Assembly (NCBI GenBank): GCA_963833575.1
Contig: CAWHXY010000004.1
Location: 928,001 to 992,000, forward strand
DNA: 64,000 nt
DNA from: Candidatus Bathyarchaeota archaeon
GTDB lineage: Archaea; Thermoproteota; Bathyarchaeia; Bathyarchaeales; Bathycorpusculaceae
Direction: 5' to 3'
In this document: in pieces, positions 58,432-64,000 of the stretch
Layout: every line of letters begins with the position of its first letter
Numbering within the stretch: the first letter of the stretch is position 1
Made by a program: the position numbers and the translations under genes
Notes under the pieces: generated by a model
What the model saw: the letters and a program-made list of their open reading frames with translations, nothing else
The model's database searches: none
What the model was told of the DNA's origin: nothing

Positions 58432-59502
58432 TTACTTGTTTCTCTTAATCAAGAATTCAGCGAACTCTTTTAATTTTTCCTTGGCCTCAGGGGTTGGCAG
58501 AAATTTTTCGGCTTCTTTCCAACTTTCGGCAACCATGCGTTCCGCAGTGCGTTTGACATGTTCAAAAGCGCCGTACTTTTGCATTACTGCTATTGCTTCA
58601 TCTCGAAGAGCTTGATCGGAAGTGTGTATGTTGAGAATTTCAATTAGACGTTTTTTTTCGTTGATATTGGCTTTTCTTAGCGTGTAAATGACCATTAAGC
58701 TTCTTTTGCCTTCGGTAATATCTTGCCCGACACCGCCTTTCTTTTTTGCAAACTCTGTGCCGGTTAAATCCAAGATATCGTCTTGCATTTGGAATGCAAC
58801 GCCGATACTTTCTGCAAAACGCCCAAGGTTTTCAACTAATGGCTTGTTTGCACCTGATAGAACCGCCGCTATTTTTGCTGACATCCGCGCGAGTGTTCCA
58901 GTTTTGTAAGCACACATCTGCAAATAATCCTCTTCTTCCAATTCGTCTGCATTGGCTATGCCTCGGTGCCATGCAATATCCATAGCTTGTCCCATGCTGA
59001 GATTAATCATTTCTTGCACATATACCTCGTAAACATCCCGTTGAATCTCGGGTGTAAGCTTTGCTCTTTGCTCCATCAGGGGCAGAAGCGGCAGATAGTA
59101 CATTGCGTTTCCAGCGTTTACCGCGATGTCTGTTTGGAAAATTTTGTAAGTGCAGAGTTTGCCTCGTCGTAGTTCCGAGGAATCCTCAATGTCATCAATA
59201 ACTAATGTTCCGTTGTGAATGACTTCAGGGATAATTGAGAAGTCCAAGCAGTAATCCTCATTTTTGCCAAGCGCTTCACATATGAGCAGGAATAGGCTTG
59301 GTCGCCACCTTTTTCCGCCGCGGTCTAGCATGTCCCAGATGGGGTCTGAAATTGCTTTGTTGAGTGGTTCTAGGTTGTAACTAAACATTGGAGGGTTAAT
59401 TTTGAAAAGGACCGAGTTTTTGCTGAATTTTCTTGGAATATATTTTTCAATTGTTTTGTCGATTAAGGGCGCTTTTTCTTCAAGAAACCTTTCAATATCC
59501 AC
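58432..59502 (-). CDS. idsA: Polyprenyl (geranylgeranyl) diphosphate synthase
   Basis: GGKRWRP, VIDDIED...RRG (FARM), GQAMD, KTG, FQMQDDILD (SARM). Confidence 0.92.
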   Translation of the reverse strand: MDIERFLEEKAPLIDKTIEKYIPRKFSKNSVLFKINPPMFSYNLEPLNKAISDPIWDMLDRGGKRWRPSLFLLICEALGKNEDYCLDFSIIPEVIHNGTLVIDDIEDSSELRRGKLCTYKIFQTDIAVNAGNAMYYLPLLPLMEQRAKLTPEIQRDVYEVYVQEMINLSMGQAMDIAWHRGIANADELEEEDYLQMCAYKTGTLARMSAKIAAVLSGANKPLVENLGRFAESIGVAFQMQDDILDLTGTEFAKKKGGVGQDITEGKRSLMVIYTLRKANINEKKRLIEILNIHTSDQALRDEAIAVMQKYGAFEHVKRTAERMVAESWKEAEKFLPTPEAKEKLKEFAEFLIKRNK

Positions 59503-59505
59503 TTT

Positions 59506-60609
59506 TTAGTGAGCTCCTCTTTTACCGTATTTTTCTAAGTTAAAGCCTCTGGCCCAGAGCCATTGTGCAGTTTTGCCAGTGATCACTGCTGGTATGTTTG
59601 ATAAATCAACTATTTTTTCTACACCCACTAGGAACATAATGTTTCGAAGTTCTTCAATTAGACATGACAGTTTATTCTCAGTTTCTTTTGTACTATTAAC
59701 TGCCGTTTGAAGAATTGGCTGAGAAATGCTTGCTAAACTTGCATTAAGCGCTAATGCTTTAGCTATATCTGTGCCGCTTCGTACGCCACCTGAAGCAATT
59801 ATAGGTAATTTGACTGTTTGAGCTGTTTCGATAAGACTAACTGCAGTTGTTATGCCCCAATCCCAGAATGTTTCCCCTAAAAAATGCTCGATCTCATCTT
59901 TTTTTCCGTTTGACCTAAAATATTCAACGGCTGCAAAACTTGTTCCGCCTACTCCACCGACGTCTATTGCTTTGACCCCTGCGGTTTCAAGCGCTTTCGC
60001 ATCTTCCGCGGAGATTCCTGAGCCTGTCTCTTTGACTATCACTGGCGTCTCGATTCTATCGGCTATTTCACTAATTTTAGCCAAGATGCCTTTGAAGTTA
60101 GTTTGCCCCTCAGGCTGGACGGCTTCTTGCAAAGCGTTCAAATGTATCGCTACCGCGTCGGCATCTATCATTTCAACGACTTTCTTGACTTCCTTCAATC
60201 CGTATCCGTGCACTAGTTGAACGCCGCCGATGTTTGCTATTAAGAAGGCATGGGGCGCCTTTTTGCGTGCAACAGAGTAGGTTTTTTCCAGCTCTTTTTT
60301 TTCAATCGCTGCTCTCTGGCTCCCAACTCCCATCCCCAAACCAAGTTTTTCCACAGCTTCGGCGATTGAAGAATTTATTTTAATTGCTTGTTCTGTTCCC
60401 CCAGTCATTGCACCGACAATAATTGGCGCTGAAAATTTCTTGCCTAAGAAAGTAGTTGATAAATCTATTTTTTTCTTGTTGACCTCTGGCAATGCGTGAT
60501 GTATGAGTTGGATGTCTTCAAAGCCCGCGGTCGCATTCTTGGCTTGAGCTTTCTTGTCCAAACAAATCCTAATGTGGTCACCTTTGCGTCTGCCGGTGTC
60601 CTCAGCCAT
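59506..60609 (-). CDS. fni: Type 2 isopentenyl-diphosphate isomerase
   Basis: RKGDHI, AMTGG, GVGSQR, HLNALQEAVQPEG, VKETG, GGTSF. Confidence 0.96.
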   Translation of the reverse strand: MAEDTGRRKGDHIRICLDKKAQAKNATAGFEDIQLIHHALPEVNKKKIDLSTTFLGKKFSAPIIVGAMTGGTEQAIKINSSIAEAVEKLGLGMGVGSQRAAIEKKELEKTYSVARKKAPHAFLIANIGGVQLVHGYGLKEVKKVVEMIDADAVAIHLNALQEAVQPEGQTNFKGILAKISEIADRIETPVIVKETGSGISAEDAKALETAGVKAIDVGGVGGTSFAAVEYFRSNGKKDEIEHFLGETFWDWGITTAVSLIETAQTVKLPIIASGGVRSGTDIAKALALNASLASISQPILQTAVNSTKETENKLSCLIEELRNIMFLVGVEKIVDLSNIPAVITGKTAQWLWARGFNLEKYGKRGAH

Positions 60610-60610
60610 C

Positions 60611-61414
60611 TTACGCCTTCTCTATTTCAGTGCCCAAAACGCTTTGGTCCGTCAATGCCCTGTAAATGGATAATCCTTTCGTGGCACCAGTAATCGTAAT
60701 GCGTACTCCCTGCTCTATGGCTGGAATAAGCTCTGCTATTTTGCCTGCCATGCCGCCGGTGACGTCTGTATTTGCTGTTTTGCCAATTTTAGGTTGAATC
60801 TGCTTTAATTCTGCTAACGTTAGGTGTTTGTAAGGTTTTGCATTTGGGTTGGTTTTAGGGTCAGCATCATATAAGCCATCTGTGTCAACGCCAAGAACTA
60901 TTTTTGAAGCCTTGTATTTAATTGCCAAATAAGCAACCAATTGATCACCCGAAAGAATTGTGAAGCCTAATTTATCATCTAAAATAGCATCGCCATACAT
61001 GACCGGGGTGAACGTCATTTTCTGCATCGCTTTTATTACGGTTTCGTCGAAAGATTTGATTTGCCCATTTTCAGTTATTATACACGATGATGGAGCGATG
61101 CTTAGGGCTGGGACTTCATGCCAAATAAGTGCGTCCATAACTAACCCATTTAGTACAGTCATAACATGGTGAGTTTCTGCAAAGCCTAGTTTTTGAGTTG
61201 GGTCTTCTTTGTAGCCTTCTTTTATTCCGTACTTTGCCGCGGTTGGATGGCCAAAGCTCCCTCCACCATGTACAATTATCAGGTTATCAAGATCTGCCCG
61301 CTTTATTTCTTCGGCTAAACGATTTATTATTTCTGTTTTTGCGGCTAATGGTTCTGCTTTGTCAGTGATGGCTGAACCGCCGATTTTTAGGATTATTGGT
61401 TTCGCATCGTTCAA
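60611..61414 (-). CDS. ipk: Isopentenyl phosphate kinase
   Basis: LKIGGSAITDK, VHGGGSFGH, SGDQL, DVTGGMAGK; start moved to TTG 61414, which follows AAGGTG. Confidence 0.93.
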   Translation of the reverse strand: MNDAKPIILKIGGSAITDKAEPLAAKTEIINRLAEEIKRADLDNLIIVHGGGSFGHPTAAKYGIKEGYKEDPTQKLGFAETHHVMTVLNGLVMDALIWHEVPALSIAPSSCIITENGQIKSFDETVIKAMQKMTFTPVMYGDAILDDKLGFTILSGDQLVAYLAIKYKASKIVLGVDTDGLYDADPKTNPNAKPYKHLTLAELKQIQPKIGKTANTDVTGGMAGKIAELIPAIEQGVRITITGATKGLSIYRALTDQSVLGTEIEKA

Positions 61415-61518
61415 GTTCTTTGCACCTTTACATTTGATATTAGAGCACTTATTGAAAAGCATTACCGCGTAATGCATCGAGTCAAAGGTATGGGCGGAAC
61501 ATGAGTTAAGAGGAAGAG

Positions 61519-61905
61519 TTAAAAAATTTTTACAATGCCATTTTCAACGATGACTTTGGTGCCTGTCTTGATTTTTAAGATGTCAATTTTGTCAACACAT
61601 GGGATTTCGCTAATTATGGCACCAACAGCAACAACGGTTTCGCATTCTTTGTTTATCATTCCCGCAGGGGCTGTGCCATTCTTCTTCATGCGATAGAGTG
61701 TATAGGAGCCTACGGTTGAGCCTTTGCCCGTTGGGAACACGAGGATCTTGTCTTTAACGCTTTGCCCTTGTAACTCATGTCCTTTTTCGATTACAATGCC
61801 TGTATTGGGGTCTACTCCGCCGTAGAAAGATATAGGCTGTGTAGTGGCGAGGGCATCGCCTTTGCCTTTGCCTTTCGAAATTAATCTGCCATTTAGCTGT
61901 TCCAT
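61519..61905 (-). CDS. Aconitase X swivel subunit (phosphomevalonate dehydratase small subunit, DUF126)
   Basis: ISFYGGVDP.TG, GKGSTVGSY; operon context. Confidence 0.9.
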   Translation of the reverse strand: MEQLNGRLISKGKGKGDALATTQPISFYGGVDPNTGIVIEKGHELQGQSVKDKILVFPTGKGSTVGSYTLYRMKKNGTAPAGMINKECETVVAVGAIISEIPCVDKIDILKIKTGTKVIVENGIVKIF

Positions 61906-63101
61906 TTTCCAGTCACCGCAGCCTGAACGCACTCTTCAATACTGCCCATTTTAGTTTTCATGTTATTCTGTCTTGAATAAAAGCATCCTTTCGCCGAGGT
62001 TGTTGCAAGCGATTTAAACCTGCCTTTTAATGGCGCTACTGCCATGCATGTGTCGCATGCGAATTTGGCGCCAGATGTTTCAATAGTTTGGGTGTAACCG
62101 CGTTTGTCAGCAAGTTGTTTGACTGTTCGTGAAGTAGCAACCCAAAATTCCGTGCCCTCAGCCACTTTTTTTCCTTTCAACAATTCTGCGACTTTAGAAA
62201 TTTCGTTGATCGAACAATGTGGGCAACCAACGCACACCAACTCAATGTCAGTTACGAAGTCATTGATGCTATCGTAGGCATTTTTGATATCTGCTTCCTC
62301 GATTGTTACTGTATCTTTTGGTTGAGTCTGCAATTCGGCTCCAGGAGTTACGCCTTTCATGTAGAAAAGGGGTTTTGCACCGTAAGTTACAACGGAAGCA
62401 CAGAAAGACTTGATTTCGTCAAGGTCAATCGATTTTATGCCCGTAACGTAAGAAATTTTGTTTTCTGCCTTTTTGCCAATTGCATAACCCAATGCTCCCC
62501 AATCTGAAAGCTTCGTTATTTCAGCGTTCACCTCTACGTGGATATCTGGAGCTCTGTTTTCGTCCAAATGCAATCCGTAGCAAGGCGTTTTTCCGACAAA
62601 TGCTGCTGCTAATGCGGATGGGCCGCCTTCACGGTTTGTTTTTGCACCTATAACCGAGTTCGCAAAAGTGACCGCTGAGCTTTCGGACCATGCGAGGTGT
62701 TCGCCATAGAGCGGTAAATTCCCAATCAGGTAGGGTGTGCAGGTGCAACTAACGAGTATGCCCATGCGTTCGAAGGCGTCGATTACGAGGTTTTGTTTTT
62801 CGGCAAACTCTGGGCTAATTCCAAGTTGTTGCCAATTTTCCAGGTCCATGCCTGCAGGGTTCAAGGTAGTTAAAACTTTGACTCTGCCGTCTTTGGCTAA
62901 CTCATTGAGGAACTCTAAACCTGCGTCGCCTAGATTATGGTAAGATACACCTGCGACTTGGACGCTGCTCACTTTAATTAGGCTTTTTGCGCCGTAAATT
63001 TCGCCTAAAGCGGTGAGGATTTCCATGCTTTTCTGGACAGCGTATCCTTCCTCGCCGTCGAGCATTTTCTGTTCTTGTTTAGTTAATTGCATATTGGTCA
63101 C
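61893..63101 (-). CDS. Aconitase X catalytic subunit (phosphomevalonate dehydratase large subunit, DUF521)
   Basis: TTLNP, CTCTPY, WSESSA...NSVIGAKTNREG, GCPHCS, DTCM. Confidence 0.92.
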   Translation of the reverse strand: MTNMQLTKQEQKMLDGEEGYAVQKSMEILTALGEIYGAKSLIKVSSVQVAGVSYHNLGDAGLEFLNELAKDGRVKVLTTLNPAGMDLENWQQLGISPEFAEKQNLVIDAFERMGILVSCTCTPYLIGNLPLYGEHLAWSESSAVTFANSVIGAKTNREGGPSALAAAFVGKTPCYGLHLDENRAPDIHVEVNAEITKLSDWGALGYAIGKKAENKISYVTGIKSIDLDEIKSFCASVVTYGAKPLFYMKGVTPGAELQTQPKDTVTIEEADIKNAYDSINDFVTDIELVCVGCPHCSINEISKVAELLKGKKVAEGTEFWVATSRTVKQLADKRGYTQTIETSGAKFACDTCMAVAPLKGRFKSLATTSAKGCFYSRQNNMKTKMGSIEECVQAAVTGKWNS

Positions 63102-64000
63102 AGGTACTTGTTTAAATCCACTTTAACGTATTGCTCTTTTTTGAAGCCCTTACCCGTTGTTACAAGCGGTGCAGTTGCGTCTAAGCCTGCTTTAGCGGTG
63201 GTAGCTTTCTTGCCCTCGGTCAAATCACCTGACGGGTCAAGTGAAGAGCCTGGCTGGTTAGAAAGAATAACTGCATTTTTATCGGCTTGGAACCTTGTGG
63301 CGATAGCCCATTCCACATCGTGCGGGTCATAAATGTTAATGTCCTCATCCACCACGACGCAGTGTTTGAGTGATTTATGCCCCTCGAAAGCGGCGGCGAT
63401 TGCTTTTTTGCCATCCTCCGTGTTTTGCTTTTTGATCTGGACTACGGCGTGGAGCCAGCTGCATCCGCCTGGGGTGATGTAAACGTCTTTGCATTGGCAG
63501 ACTTTGTTCACTTCGTTGTAGATTGTGGGTTCTTTTGGCATACCCATGAGGAACTTGTGCTCGTTTTTGCCTGCCAGAATGGTTTGATAGATAGGGTTCT
63601 TGCGATGGGTGACACATTTGATTTCTAAGATTGGCTGCTGACGAACCCGATCGACGACTCCTGTCAAATCCAGAAATGGGCCCTCCGTGGCTTTCTCCTT
63701 AGTTATGCGTCCTTCAAGCACAAACTCAGTCTCTGCTGGAACCTCTATGTCAACGGTTTTGCATTTGACCACGTCCGTTTTTTCAAGCGCGTTAGCCATT
63801 CCCAACTCATCTGTGCCTCTAGGTAGAGAAGTTGCGGCTGAAAGCAATACGGCAGTTGAGTTGCCTATGCAGATGGCTACGTCGAGTTCGCCGCCAGCTT
63901 TTTTGAGTGCTGTGTCAGTTCCTCGATCTTCGACTATTCGTGCGACAAAATGGTTTTTGTCTTTAAGCATAAGGCGGTGGAAGCACATGTTTCTGCCCAA
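63098..64000 (-). CDS. UbiD-family decarboxylase, probably trans-anhydromevalonate-5-phosphate decarboxylase (5' truncated)
   Basis: EGPFLD, EH, VVVDEDINI, VEWAIATRFQ, GSSLDPS, GLDAT; directly upstream of the AcnX pair and ipk. Confidence 0.88.
   Translation of the reverse strand: MGRNMCFHRLMLKDKNHFVARIVEDRGTDTALKKAGGELDVAICIGNSTAVLLSAATSLPRGTDELGMANALEKTDVVKCKTVDIEVPAETEFVLEGRITKEKATEGPFLDLTGVVDRVRQQPILEIKCVTHRKNPIYQTILAGKNEHKFLMGMPKEPTIYNEVNKVCQCKDVYITPGGCSWLHAVVQIKKQNTEDGKKAIAAAFEGHKSLKHCVVVDEDINIYDPHDVEWAIATRFQADKNAVILSNQPGSSLDPSGDLTEGKKATTAKAGLDATAPLVTTGKGFKKEQYVKVDLNKYL

Overview
Archaeal chromosomal segment. Gene content (TopoVI, thermosome, aIF5B, Alba, rpS8e, SRP19, KEOPS Cgi121, TrmY, an Ftr homologue, tandem membrane-anchored beta-propeller surface proteins) suggests a TACK archaeon, most likely Bathyarchaeia; this is an inference, no search was run. 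It holds about 55 CDS, two tRNAs (Gly-CCC, Thr-CGT), an smc-scpA-scpB operon, an AcnX/UbiD-type archaeal mevalonate operon and several gene relics. Main finding: the purine cluster encodes steps 1, 2, 4 and 5 (purF, purD, purSLQ, purM) but has no purN or purT. Translationally coupled behind purD are a HAD hydrolase, a formylmethanofuran:H4MPT formyltransferase (Ftr) paralogue and a PfkB kinase, resembling the ehaR-ehaS-ehaT trio. This is a candidate methanopterin-dependent route for GAR formylation. Other observations: a four-copy structured repeat with a compensatory base-pair change, a palindromic operator shared by two surface-protein genes next to a TrmB regulator, a 22-aa acidic/Trp microprotein with a perfect SD, two helically phased CG/A-tract arrays, a catalytically degenerate TIR domain, and a pilin-Roadblock cluster.
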